From an uncultured Clostridiaceae bacterium (GTDB taxonomy: Bacteria; Bacillota; Clostridia; TANB77; CAG-465), in contig CAYXLQ010000020.1 in the NCBI GenBank assembly GCA_964465775.1, positions 1 through 15,149 of the forward strand: a DNA stretch of 15,149 nt, in the 5' to 3' direction. Shown here piece by piece: positions 1 through 8,408 of this stretch; position 1 is the stretch's first letter; each line of letters opens with the position of its first letter. The notes under the pieces are model-generated. The model was given only the letters and a program-made list of their open reading frames with translations. It was not told where the DNA came from and searched no databases. Made by a program: the position numbers and the translations under genes.

Positions 1-1
1 T

Positions 2-73
2 TCTCTGACATCATTGTTAGGCGTACTTGCAGGTTCGTTATATCAGATACTTTTTAGATTGTTTTTAAATTAA
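2..73 (+). CDS. C-terminal end of a truncated, probably membrane-associated protein (SLTSLLGVLAGSLYQILFRLFLN*)
   Basis: Open frame from the window edge to TAA at 71-73, hydrophobic and leucine-rich. Convergent and stop-overlapping with the 70..429 minus gene. Only 23 codons visible. Confidence 0.3.
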   Translation, partial: SLTSLLGVLAGSLYQILFRLFLN

Positions 74-429
74 CCTTGTCCTGTAACTTGTCCTGTAATA
101 TCAACAATAAATTGTATGATCCATGTTGCTCCAAATACAAGCGCAGCTCCTATTGCAAGTATACCCATACTTTTCTTAATATCTGCTTTTTGATCTGCTG
201 ATGCAAACATATATCTTACTCCAGCAAAAACAACAGCTGCTACTGCTAAAATTTGTAGTATTAATTTTACTGTATTCCAAGCTTTACCAACTGCTGTTTC
301 TACAGTTGGAATCGAACCCCCTAATGAATCAATAACAGGTGATATAGGATTGGCCATTACAGGAAGCATAAAAGCTCCTATTGCAACAACTAACATTAAT
401 GCTATCGTTATCTTATTAAATTTCTTCAT
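70..429 (-). CDS. TrbC/VirB2-like pilin or small T4SS-type membrane protein with signal peptide and two TM segments
   Basis: MKKFNKITIALMLVVAIGAFMLPVMANPIS... signal peptide, then VKLILQILAVAAVVFAGVRYMF and MGILAIGAALVFGATWIIQFIVDI. The start is moved from 483 to ATG 429 because AAGGAGGA lies just upstream and a promoter overlaps the longer extension. Confidence 0.7.
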   Translation of the reverse strand: MKKFNKITIALMLVVAIGAFMLPVMANPISPVIDSLGGSIPTVETAVGKAWNTVKLILQILAVAAVVFAGVRYMFASADQKADIKKSMGILAIGAALVFGATWIIQFIVDITGQVTGQG

Positions 430-462
430 TTTTTTCCTCCTTAAAAATGTTTTCATATCTAA

Positions 463-490
463 ATTATAGCAAAAATTAGGCATTATGCAA
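463..490 (-). promoter_or_regulatory. SigA-type promoter of the VirB2-like gene
   Basis: On the minus strand: TTGCAT - 16 nt - TATAAT with extended TGC upstream of the -10. Confidence 0.65.
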
Positions 491-562
491 GTCTTTTTTT
501 AGTTTTTTTCTCTTTATTCTATTATTGTAATTTTTTTGTAACAATTTGGCTTCTTATTTTTC

Positions 563-591
563 TTTACAAACCGTGTAATAATTATTATACT
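563..591 (+). promoter_or_regulatory. Possible promoter of the M23 peptidase gene
   Basis: TTTACA (563-568) - 17 nt - TATACT (586-591). The SD GGAGG (598-602) is very close to the predicted transcript start, so the assignment is uncertain. Confidence 0.35.
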
Positions 592-607
592 TACATTGGA
601 GGGGCCC

Positions 608-1097
608 ATGATTAAAAAATATTTTTATTCTATTTTTACATTTTTTCTTTCAATAATCTTTTTTTCAAGTAACGATGTTAACACGAATTCTACTCTATCA
701 TTTCCTATTAGATTAGATTACTATATTTCTTCTAACTACGGTTATAGAACAGTCGGTACATACCATTTCCATAATGGCATTGATATTCCTAAGCCTCCTG
801 GTACTCCTGTGTATGCTTTAGCAAATGGTGTTATAAACTATATTGGTTTTTCTTCTTCATATGGGAATTATATTATAATAACCTATAGCAATGGTTATAA
901 ATCTTTATATGGACATATGTCTGGTATCTATCCATTTTCTGTCGGTGATTATGTTACCACTAACGACATCGTTGCTTATATCGGTCCTACTCGTCTTAAA
1001 TCTGGTATACGAAATGGTTTTACTACTCGGACCACACCTCCATTTTACTATCTATAAAAACAATAAATTGCTTGATCCCCTCACAATATTCAAATAA
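608..1097 (+). CDS. M23 family metallopeptidase, encoded in two frames with an apparent +1 shift at the CGG codon 1028-1030
   Basis: Frame 2 carries HFHNGIDIPKPPGTPVYALANGVINYIG...YGNYIIITYSNGYKSLYGHMSG...GDYV (M23 HxxxD part). The next frame carries GPHLHFTIYKNNKLLDPLTIFK (M23 HxH part). Skipping C1028 joins them as NGFTTGPHLHF. SD GGAGG at 598-602, ATG at 608. Confidence 0.85.
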
Positions 1098-1180
1098 ATT
1101 TATGATAACAATATTGTCTATGATATTTTATATTTACAATTAATTATTACCAAGTCAAGTATATATTACACTTACAAAAA

Positions 1181-1210
1181 AACAATAGGATATTTCACCT
1201 ATTGTTTTTA
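1181..1210 (-). terminator. Rho-independent terminator of the first SSB-like gene
   Basis: AACAATAGG (1181-1189) pairs with CCTATTGTT (1198-1206). On the minus strand a T run follows (AAAAAAA at 1176-1182 on plus). Confidence 0.75.
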
Positions 1211-1267
1211 TCTTATAACATTGTATTGATTTACTTCAAATATCTAATTAATGCTCTTGTTCTGTTC

Positions 1268-1918
1268 TTACTTTCTATCATCTTTTAATACATCAAGTTT
1301 AGATATAGATACTTCATATGCTACTCTATTTTCTATTTTTCCGTTATCATATTTTTTTTCATAATTTCTTGATTGTATTCTTCCAACTATTTGAACTACC
1401 GTTCCAGTTTCCAAACTCTCGCAATATTTAGCATTTCTTCCCCATATGATGCAAGGTATGTAATCCGATTTATTATATGCCCGATTAATCGCAAGAGATA
1501 TATCTGCAATATCCCTTCCTAGTGGTGTTTTCCTATATGTTGGTTTTTTACATATCGTTCCTGTTGCAGTTATTTCATTTATCTCTTTAAACGCTTCGCA
1601 TAATTCTAATTGCTGGATTTCCTTTACAAAAACAAATAAAATAAGCCTGTTTTTATTGTTTTCCTCCAATTGATTATATGACCTATATTGTCCTTCAACA
1701 TAAATTGCTTTGCCTTTTTTTAAATCTCCTACATCTATTAACCTCTCTGAAATTATAACCATCAATTTGTCACTTTGTCCACTGAGTCTATTTGTTTCCA
1801 AATAGAATTTATAGAACTCTTCTCCATAGGTTTCATGACTTAGCTCAGGTGATGATGCCACTGTACCGCTCATTTTAACTATGTTATTTCCGAAAGCTTG
1901 GTCCATTGTTATTCCCAT
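1268..1918 (-). CDS. SSB-like protein with two OB-fold domains (paralogue 1)
   Basis: IVKMSGTVASSPELSHE..FYKFYLET.. and ITATGTICKKPTYRKTPLGRDIADISLAINR..DYIPCIIWGRNAKYCESLETGTVVQIVGRIQSRNYEKK, typical SSB/OB motifs. Strongly similar to the 2133..2795 ORF. Confidence 0.85.
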   Translation of the reverse strand: MGITMDQAFGNNIVKMSGTVASSPELSHETYGEEFYKFYLETNRLSGQSDKLMVIISERLIDVGDLKKGKAIYVEGQYRSYNQLEENNKNRLILFVFVKEIQQLELCEAFKEINEITATGTICKKPTYRKTPLGRDIADISLAINRAYNKSDYIPCIIWGRNAKYCESLETGTVVQIVGRIQSRNYEKKYDNGKIENRVAYEVSISKLDVLKDDRK

Positions 1919-1973
1919 ATCATTCGTCTCCTTTAAAATTATTTTTTAAGAGTACATATTTAAACATACTATT

Positions 1974-2001
1974 ATTATAACATTTTATATTCAAAAGTCA
2001 A
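1974..2001 (-). promoter_or_regulatory. SigA-type promoter of SSB-like gene 1
   Basis: Minus strand TTGACT - 16 nt - TATAAT. Confidence 0.7.
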
Positions 2002-2068
2002 TTGTTATTGCACTAACCACACGTCAAACCACAATTACATTTTACATAATCTGTTGCACTTATAAAAA

Positions 2069-2098
2069 AACAATAGGATCTCTCACCTATTGTTTAAT
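2069..2098 (-). terminator. Rho-independent terminator of the second SSB-like gene
   Basis: AACAATAGG (2069-2077) / CCTATTGTT (2086-2094), the same stem as the one at 1181. A-run on plus (T-run on minus) at 2064-2070. Confidence 0.75.
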
Positions 2099-2132
2099 AT
2101 TATATTATATTATATTGATTTGTTTTAATTAA

Positions 2133-2795
2133 CTAATTTATATCTTTATTTTGTTCTTCAGTACTATCTTCTTTTAACATTTCAAATTTAGACACTGATA
2201 CTTCATATGCTACTCTATTTTCTATTTTTCCGTCATCATATTTTTTTTCATATTTTCTTGCTTGTATTCTTCCAACTACTTTAACCGTTGTTCCTGTTTC
2301 TAAATTTTCACAATACTTAGCATTTCTTCCCCATATTATACAAGGAATATAATCCGATTTGTTATATGAACGATTAACTGCTAGAAGTATGTCTGCAATA
2401 TCTCTTCCTAGTGGTGTTTTTCTATATATTGGTGTTTTACATACTGTTCCTATTGCAGTAAGCTCATTAATTGTTCTAACACTTTCATTTACTTCTAATT
2501 GTTGAATTTCTTTAACAAATACCGATAAAATCAATCTACTCTTATTGTTTTCATCTATTTGATTATACGATCTATATTGCCCTTCAATATAAATTATTTT
2601 CCCTATTTTAAAGTCCTCAACATCTATTAACCTTTCTGAAATTATAACTGGCAATTTATCATTTTGTCCACTAAGTCTATTTATTTCTATGTAAAATTTG
2701 TAAAATTTTTCTCCATATATTTCATGACTTAATTCAAGTGATGATGCCACCGTACCACCCATTTTAACTATGTTATTTTCAACAGCTTGCTCCAT
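2133..2795 (-). CDS. SSB-like protein with two OB-fold domains (paralogue 2)
   Basis: Same domain layout and most residues as paralogue 1 (YRKTPLGRDIADILLAVNRSYNKSDYIPCIIWGRNAKYCENLETG). SD AAGGAGGAAG upstream of ATG 2795. Confidence 0.85.
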   Translation of the reverse strand: MEQAVENNIVKMGGTVASSLELSHEIYGEKFYKFYIEINRLSGQNDKLPVIISERLIDVEDFKIGKIIYIEGQYRSYNQIDENNKSRLILSVFVKEIQQLEVNESVRTINELTAIGTVCKTPIYRKTPLGRDIADILLAVNRSYNKSDYIPCIIWGRNAKYCENLETGTTVKVVGRIQARKYEKKYDDGKIENRVAYEVSVSKFEMLKEDSTEEQNKDIN

Positions 2796-2814
2796 GCTTC
2801 TTCCTCCTTTGATC

Positions 2815-2843
2815 TTTATACCCTATTCTTATGTTTTAGACAA
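2815..2843 (-). promoter_or_regulatory. SigA-type promoter of SSB-like gene 2
   Basis: Minus strand TTGTCT - 17 nt - TATAAA. Confidence 0.55.
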
Positions 2844-2847
2844 CAAA

Positions 2848-2886
2848 AAAATTACTATGTTTTGCCTATTATATCATAGTAATTTT
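2848..2886 (-). terminator. Terminator hairpin downstream of the pgi-traX operon
   Basis: AAAATTACTATG (2848-2859) pairs perfectly with CATAGTAATTTT (2875-2886). A-run (T-run on minus) adjoins it at 2844-2850. Confidence 0.65.
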
Positions 2887-2930
2887 ATTTTGTAAATACT
2901 TATGTTAATGCTCTGTTATCGTATTACCTA

Positions 2931-3755
2931 TTATTTCAATAAAATCATAATCGAAGTAATGTATAATAACATGTGATGTATTGGAAAAAACGAATAATAA
3001 ATTATGTTTATCCACTTTCTTTTTTTTCCTCTTTCACCATTATATAAATATATTGGGATAATAGAGAGTAGCATATACCAATATATCGTTGTTTCATTAT
3101 TAGTAATTATATATATCATAGACAATATAATTGCTAATATATAGGTGTATTTTATGTTCTTTTCTGAAACAAATGAAAGTAATAATCCTTTCATTGATAG
3201 TGTGTTATTATTTCTGTTTATATATACAATTATTTTAAATCTTTCAATAAAATAAAATATAAGTCCAAGTATTAGTGTGTTATAGCCATAATCTATAGGT
3301 ATAAAACTGTATATCATTATTATCAAAATTAATAATAACATTTTTATAATCAAATTCCAATTGCCATTTATTTTTTTAAATATATGTTTTTCATGAATTA
3401 ACCAAAATGTAATCAATAACAAAGTAAATGAAAATACTATGTTTAAATTTGTTACAACTGATAAGTTATTCTTTCTAACATCAAACAACGAAGTAATATA
3501 AATTACTATTTGAGTTATTACTGATAATGAAAAAATTCGAAGAATATATTTTTTCAAATCTTTTGTATAAAAGAAACCTTGAACTAGCATGTACAAAAAT
3601 AGAGGCATAGATATTCTGCCTATTACCCTACATAGATAATATATGTTTGTATTTATAATATCTATAAAATAATAACCTATATGATCAATTAACATTGTTA
3701 TCATTGCTATGATTTTTAGTCCATCTCTATTTATTTCTACTTCTTTTATATTCAT
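2931..3755 (-). CDS. TraX-like multi-TM acyltransferase-type protein
   Basis: DGLKIIAMITMLIDHIGYYFI...LCRVIGRISMPLFLYMLVQGFFYTKDLKKYILRI and a terminal YYSFFPIHHMLLY resemble the TraX family signature. Confidence 0.8.
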   Translation of the reverse strand: MNIKEVEINRDGLKIIAMITMLIDHIGYYFIDIINTNIYYLCRVIGRISMPLFLYMLVQGFFYTKDLKKYILRIFSLSVITQIVIYITSLFDVRKNNLSVVTNLNIVFSFTLLLITFWLIHEKHIFKKINGNWNLIIKMLLLILIIMIYSFIPIDYGYNTLILGLIFYFIERFKIIVYINRNNNTLSMKGLLLSFVSEKNIKYTYILAIILSMIYIITNNETTIYWYMLLSIIPIYLYNGERGKKRKWINIIYYSFFPIHHMLLYITSIMILLK

Positions 3756-3769
3756 TCTTTATTATTTAC

Positions 3770-5080
3770 CTATTCTCCTCTCTCTAGTAATTCCATCATG
3801 TTTGTTTTATATGCTTCCACACCGGGTTGATCGAATGGATTTATTCCAAGTAAATATCCACTAATTGCACAAGCTTTTTCAAAAAAGTATATAAGCTGTC
3901 CCACATTATATGGTGTTAAATCTCCTATGTTAAGAGATATTACAGGTACTCCTCCATCTATATGCGCTTTATATGTTCCCATATATGCTTGCTTATTTAT
4001 ATAATCAATACTTTTACCTGCAAGATAATTTAATCCATCTATATTATCAATTGTTTCTGGCAATTTTATCTGGCTTCTATCTAATCCTATACTTATCATA
4101 GTCTCAAACATATTTCTTTTCCCTTGTTGAATATACTGCCCCATAGAATGAAGATCTGTTGTAAAATTCATTCCTGCCGGGAATATCCCCTTACCTTCCT
4201 TGCCTTCGCTTTCACCAAACAATTGCTTGTACCACTCTATGAAATAATGTAAATGAGGCTCATAACTCGACATTATTTCTATAGTCTTTCCCTTTTGATA
4301 TAGTATGTTCCTTGTTGCTGCATATCTATAGCAATCATTATTTTTAATATCCTTTTCATTATATAAATGACTTGCAAACATTGCTCCATCTAGTAATTCT
4401 TCTATATCTATTCCTGCAACTGCTATAGGAAGAAGTCCAACTGCAGTAAGTACAGAATATCTTCCACCAACGTCATCTGGAACTACAAAAGTTTCATAAT
4501 GATTTTTCTCAGCGATTTCCTTAAGTACACCTTCTTCTTTATCTGTAGTTACAAATATGCGTTCTACAGCTCCACCAACTCCATATTTTTCTTCCATAAA
4601 CATTTTTAACATTCTAAATGCTATCGCTGGTTCTAATGTTTTACCTGACTTTGATATAACATTAATTACAACGTCTTTATCTTCTATGTATTCTATCAAA
4701 CTTCTTATATACCTAGGACTTATATTATGCCCAGCATATAATATTTCTGGTCCATTTCTTTTATTGTGGCTTAGCATATTATGCATAGGATCAGTAAACA
4801 TATCTATGATAGCTTTAGCGCCAAGATATGAACCCCCAATACCAACAATTATAAACACATCTGCCTTTTTTCTTATAATATTAGCTGCTTCTATAATCCT
4901 TGCGATTTCTTCTTCATCTCTATTTTCTGGAAGTGTCATCCATCCAAGCATATCACTTCCCTTACCTGTCTTTTGCTCAAGTTTTTCGTGTGCTGCATAC
5001 ACTCTGTTTTCTATCTCCTGGTAATCATATTCCCTTATTTCTTTTATTACTCCATCAAAATTCAATTTTACTCCGTTCAT
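3770..5080 (-). CDS. pgi: Glucose-6-phosphate isomerase
   Basis: GIGGSYLGAKAIIDMF, VINVISKSGKTLEPAIAFR, VPDDVGGRYSVLTAVGLLPIAVAGID, QLFGESEGKEGKGIFP, NPFDQPGVEAYK. ATG 5080 is favoured over GTG 5089 because the SD AGAGGTG fits it. Confidence 0.97.
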   Translation of the reverse strand: MNGVKLNFDGVIKEIREYDYQEIENRVYAAHEKLEQKTGKGSDMLGWMTLPENRDEEEIARIIEAANIIRKKADVFIIVGIGGSYLGAKAIIDMFTDPMHNMLSHNKRNGPEILYAGHNISPRYIRSLIEYIEDKDVVINVISKSGKTLEPAIAFRMLKMFMEEKYGVGGAVERIFVTTDKEEGVLKEIAEKNHYETFVVPDDVGGRYSVLTAVGLLPIAVAGIDIEELLDGAMFASHLYNEKDIKNNDCYRYAATRNILYQKGKTIEIMSSYEPHLHYFIEWYKQLFGESEGKEGKGIFPAGMNFTTDLHSMGQYIQQGKRNMFETMISIGLDRSQIKLPETIDNIDGLNYLAGKSIDYINKQAYMGTYKAHIDGGVPVISLNIGDLTPYNVGQLIYFFEKACAISGYLLGINPFDQPGVEAYKTNMMELLERGE

Positions 5081-5096
5081 ATGTTTCACCTCTTCA

Positions 5097-6233
5097 TCAA
5101 TTATTATAGAACTTATTTAAAATATTTGCAAGACATCTTGCAGAATAATATGCTTCTTCTAATGAATTCCCCGTGGTTCCAACCTCAATTAAAAAAGAAT
5201 GTTTTATCATATCTTGATTATATTTTGAATTCCTTACAATCATGGGCCTAAACAATCCCGGATACATCTCTTCTCCTAATTTTTGTAATTGCAAAGCTAA
5301 TGAAAGGTTTTCTTCCCAATATTCATTTTTATAACTTTCTGTTCCTAATCCCATTACAAACATAAGTTTTGCTACTTTTACGCCATTTATTTGTACTGTT
5401 GGCCCCTCAGTTAGATCTGCAAGAGCATCTCTATGAACGTCTATTGATAATCCTATTCTTCCCTTTGTTTCTATATTATTTTTAATCGTTTTCCTAGAAT
5501 TAGTGTATGCTATTTCATAACTTCCATAATCATGTGGCGTTGTATCAAATATGGTTTCCATGTTCTTTTCTTTTAAACTTTCATTTAATGTATTCCCTAC
5601 TGAAATCATGTTGTATTTAGCATCTCTTGTTCTATAAGTACTAGTATAATCAAATTTATAATTCTTACTATTAGTATATGACTCCGATGTATGCGTTGAA
5701 TATATTAATACCGGATCACTTTTTTTAGTAAGAGTTATATTCTTTTTATATAAGGACAAAAAATCAATGTTCTTTTGACTGGAGTAGTTCAATATAGTAG
5801 CATTGTATATTTTTATTTTTTGCATAGTATTTGTTTCATTTTTTGAATAATTTTCTTTTTCGATTTTAGCGAATACCGCTGCGCTATCTATATCTACTAA
5901 TGAAATATCAAATTCATCTTTTTTTCTAATCTTAACCTTTTCTGTTCCTGTTTCTGTTTTAATTTCTTGTTCTTTAGTTCCGCTTACTACAAAGGGTGTC
6001 TGATTTATTGCCATAACTAATATTTCTTTTTCTTTACTTTGAATTCTAATTAAATTATTTCCCATTAAAAGCAAATTGTTTTTTGTATGTTCATTTTTTA
6101 ATATTGCTTTTCCTATACATACCATAACAAATGATAATATCATGACACAAAATATGTGTTTGCTAATTTTAAAAATATTTTTAACATCAATCTTATTTTT
6201 TGATACATTAAAAAAGCCGCCTGAAATTTTCAT
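5097..6233 (-). CDS. spoIIP: Stage II sporulation protein P
   Basis: LIYSTHTSESY, HDYGSYEIAYTNSRKTI, GLSIDVHRDAL, KLMFVMGLGTE..., NQDMIKHSFLIEVGTTGNSLEEAYYSARCLANIL: the SpoIIP amidase/transglycosylase domain. Confidence 0.93.
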   Translation of the reverse strand: MKISGGFFNVSKNKIDVKNIFKISKHIFCVMILSFVMVCIGKAILKNEHTKNNLLLMGNNLIRIQSKEKEILVMAINQTPFVVSGTKEQEIKTETGTEKVKIRKKDEFDISLVDIDSAAVFAKIEKENYSKNETNTMQKIKIYNATILNYSSQKNIDFLSLYKKNITLTKKSDPVLIYSTHTSESYTNSKNYKFDYTSTYRTRDAKYNMISVGNTLNESLKEKNMETIFDTTPHDYGSYEIAYTNSRKTIKNNIETKGRIGLSIDVHRDALADLTEGPTVQINGVKVAKLMFVMGLGTESYKNEYWEENLSLALQLQKLGEEMYPGLFRPMIVRNSKYNQDMIKHSFLIEVGTTGNSLEEAYYSARCLANILNKFYNN

Positions 6234-6298
6234 AAAACCACTTCACCTAGTCCTATGTTTATTACAAACAGCTATAATTTATAACTACTATTATTAAT

Positions 6299-6718
6299 TT
6301 AATCTAATAATTCTGTCATTGATTCATTATATTTCTCAAGTACTCTTACAGTTCTTTCTTTTAAATCAATAACTTCTTTTTTTATATCTAACAGTTTTTC
6401 TTTCTCTACTTCAATTAAAGTTTCTATTCTTTGTTTTTCACTTAATGCTTCTTGTCTAGCATTTTCAAGAATATTCCTTGCCTGATCTTCCGCAGTTATT
6501 AAAGCGTTGGCTACTTTTTCTTGTTTTCCGATATATTCAGTATCATAACGTTCTAACTTTTTTCTGATGATTGTAATCTCATTTGAAAGCCTATTAATTT
6601 CCGCTTTTTCCGCTTGCAAAGAGCTCTCATGATCAGCTTTCATTTCTCTTAGATATTCTTCAACTTCTTTTTTATCATATCCAAACATCTCAGAATTAAA
6701 CTTCTTTTCGTTCTCCAT
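6299..6718 (-). CDS. DivIVA-domain coiled-coil protein
   Basis: FNSEMFGYDKKEVEEYLREM, then a long coiled coil. SD GGAGGT upstream of ATG 6718. Confidence 0.75.
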   Translation of the reverse strand: MENEKKFNSEMFGYDKKEVEEYLREMKADHESSLQAEKAEINRLSNEITIIRKKLERYDTEYIGKQEKVANALITAEDQARNILENARQEALSEKQRIETLIEVEKEKLLDIKKEVIDLKERTVRVLEKYNESMTELLD

Positions 6719-6866
6719 TTATTACTACCTCCACTGCTACTTCTAACGCTCATTTTAACAGATTTCTATCGTTTTTTCAACACTTTCCACAAAAGTTGTT
6801 GTTTTTATAATTTTTATATATAAATATCTCCCTTTTTGTTACTATTTTATTAACTTTTTGTTATTT

Positions 6867-6897
6867 TGAATAATTTTAAAATTTTATTCAAATAATA
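6867..6897 (+). promoter_or_regulatory. Possible SigF/SigG-type promoter of the spoVA operon
   Basis: TGAATA (6867-6872) - 16 nt - CAAATAA (6889-6895) loosely resembles forespore sigma consensus elements, just upstream of spoVAC. Confidence 0.4.
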
Positions 6898-6912
6898 TTG
6901 TTGGTGATTATA

Positions 6913-7374
6913 ATGAGTTATACAAAGCTTGATATGACAAAAGAAGAATATTCAGAATATGTTAAGGAAAAGGAAAAAACAAGTCCATTAGCTAAACATT
7001 GCTTAGTTGCATTTTTGGTTGGCGGGTTAATATGTAGCATAGGTCAATTTATTTTTGATATATTGGAAAAAAAGTGTGGTTTTTCTTTTAAAAACGCTTC
7101 TACATATACAACTATTTCGCTTATCTTTATTGGTGCTTTACTTACAGCATTAAGAATTTATTGTAAAATTGGCGATAAAGCAGGAGCTGGTTCTATAATT
7201 CCTATTACTGGTTTTTCAAATTCTATTGTTTCTAGCGCTATAGAACATAAAACAGAGGGTGTAGTAATGGGTATTGGAGCTAACATGTTTAAAGTGGCTG
7301 GACCCGTAGTTGTTTATGGTATATGTTCTTCAATGATTATAGGATTTATATACTGGTTAATAAAATTGTTTTAA
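6913..7374 (+). CDS. spoVAC: Stage V sporulation protein AC
   Basis: HCLVAFLVGGLICSIGQFIFD, KAGAGSIIPITGFSNSIVSSAIEHKTEGVVMGIGANMFKVAGPVVVYG. Start ATG 6913 with SD-like GGTGA. Confidence 0.95.
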   Translation: MSYTKLDMTKEEYSEYVKEKEKTSPLAKHCLVAFLVGGLICSIGQFIFDILEKKCGFSFKNASTYTTISLIFIGALLTALRIYCKIGDKAGAGSIIPITGFSNSIVSSAIEHKTEGVVMGIGANMFKVAGPVVVYGICSSMIIGFIYWLIKLF

Positions 7375-7388
7375 GGAGGAAATAGTAA

Positions 7389-8405
7389 ATGAAAATAGGA
7401 GAACAAACATTAGTTTTTGAAAAAAAACCTAAAATACTTAATACTGCTTCTATTGTAGGGCCAAAAGAATCCGAAGGTCCTCTTAGCATATTTTTCGACC
7501 ATAAAATAGAAGATGAGTTATTTGGAGAGGATTCCTTTGAAAAAGCAGAGAGTAAATTTACACAATCTGCCATTGATGCACTGCTTACAAAAGCACCTCT
7601 TGATAAATACATGGTGGATTGCATTTTTGCAGGAGATTTATTAAATCAATGCATTGCTACTGGATATGCCATGAGAGATTCCAACATACCGTTATTTGGT
7701 TTATATGGTGCGTGTTCAACATTTGTTGAAGCTTTAATATTATCTTCATCTTTTGTAAATGCAGGCTATTATAAGCGATGCATTGCTACTGCCTCATCTC
7801 ATTTTGGTTCATCTGAAAGACAGTTTAGATTACCCCTGCAACAAGGTACACAAAGGACTCCCACCCAACAGTGGACAGTGACAGGTGCTGGTGCTGCTTT
7901 AGTTACCCATAATAACGACAGATATAAAAGTCCTGTTGTAACTCATGCAACAGTTGGTAAAATAGTAGACATGGGTATAAAAGATGTTGCTAATATGGGG
8001 GCCGCAATGGCACCTGCTGCTTTTGATACAATACTAACCCATTTAGAAGATACTAAAAGAAAACCAGATTATTATGATTTAATTGTTACAGGAGATCTTG
8101 GAAAAATGGGTTCTGAAATATTAGTAGAACTATTGCAAGCAAAAGGAATAAACATCTCTGTAAACCATAATGATTGTGGCATGTTAATCTACGATCTCGA
8201 ATCTCAAGATATGCATTCTGGAGGTAGTGGGTGTGCTTGTTGTGCTACTGTTTTTTCGGGATATATATATGATTTACTAAAATCAAAAAAAATCAAAAAT
8301 GTTTTATTAGTTGCAACTGGAGCTTTAATGAGCCCCGTTTCCCTTGGTCAAGGTGAATCAATACCTTCGATAGCACATGCCGTTGCAATAGAAAACGAGG
8401 TATAG
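7389..8405 (+). CDS. spoVAD: Stage V sporulation protein AD
   Basis: Thiolase-like family with VGPKESEGPL, FGLYGACSTFVEALILSS, ATASSHFGSSERQFRLP, TQQWTVTGAGAALV, CACCATVFSGYI. SD AAGGAGGA. Confidence 0.96.
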   Translation: MKIGEQTLVFEKKPKILNTASIVGPKESEGPLSIFFDHKIEDELFGEDSFEKAESKFTQSAIDALLTKAPLDKYMVDCIFAGDLLNQCIATGYAMRDSNIPLFGLYGACSTFVEALILSSSFVNAGYYKRCIATASSHFGSSERQFRLPLQQGTQRTPTQQWTVTGAGAALVTHNNDRYKSPVVTHATVGKIVDMGIKDVANMGAAMAPAAFDTILTHLEDTKRKPDYYDLIVTGDLGKMGSEILVELLQAKGINISVNHNDCGMLIYDLESQDMHSGGSGCACCATVFSGYIYDLLKSKKIKNVLLVATGALMSPVSLGQGESIPSIAHAVAIENEV

Positions 8406-8408
8406 AAT

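Noticed and set aside
430-483. N-terminal extension MPNFCYNLDMKTFLRRKK of the VirB2-like protein
   Set aside because: It overlaps the promoter -10/-35 and lies upstream of the strong SD for ATG 429.
891-1097. 891..1097 as an independent 68-aa gene
   Set aside because: Only its 3' part (GPHLHF... from 1029) is meaningful, as the C-terminus of the M23 peptidase. The upstream part is an out-of-frame shadow and there is no start signal.
4557-5251. Plus-strand ORFs at 4557..5024, 4900..5109 and 4973..5251
   Set aside because: Antisense to the strongly supported pgi/spoIIP genes, no SD, low-complexity hydrophobic translations.
7346-7624. Minus-strand ORF of 92 aa
   Set aside because: Antisense to the start of spoVAD, with no family features.
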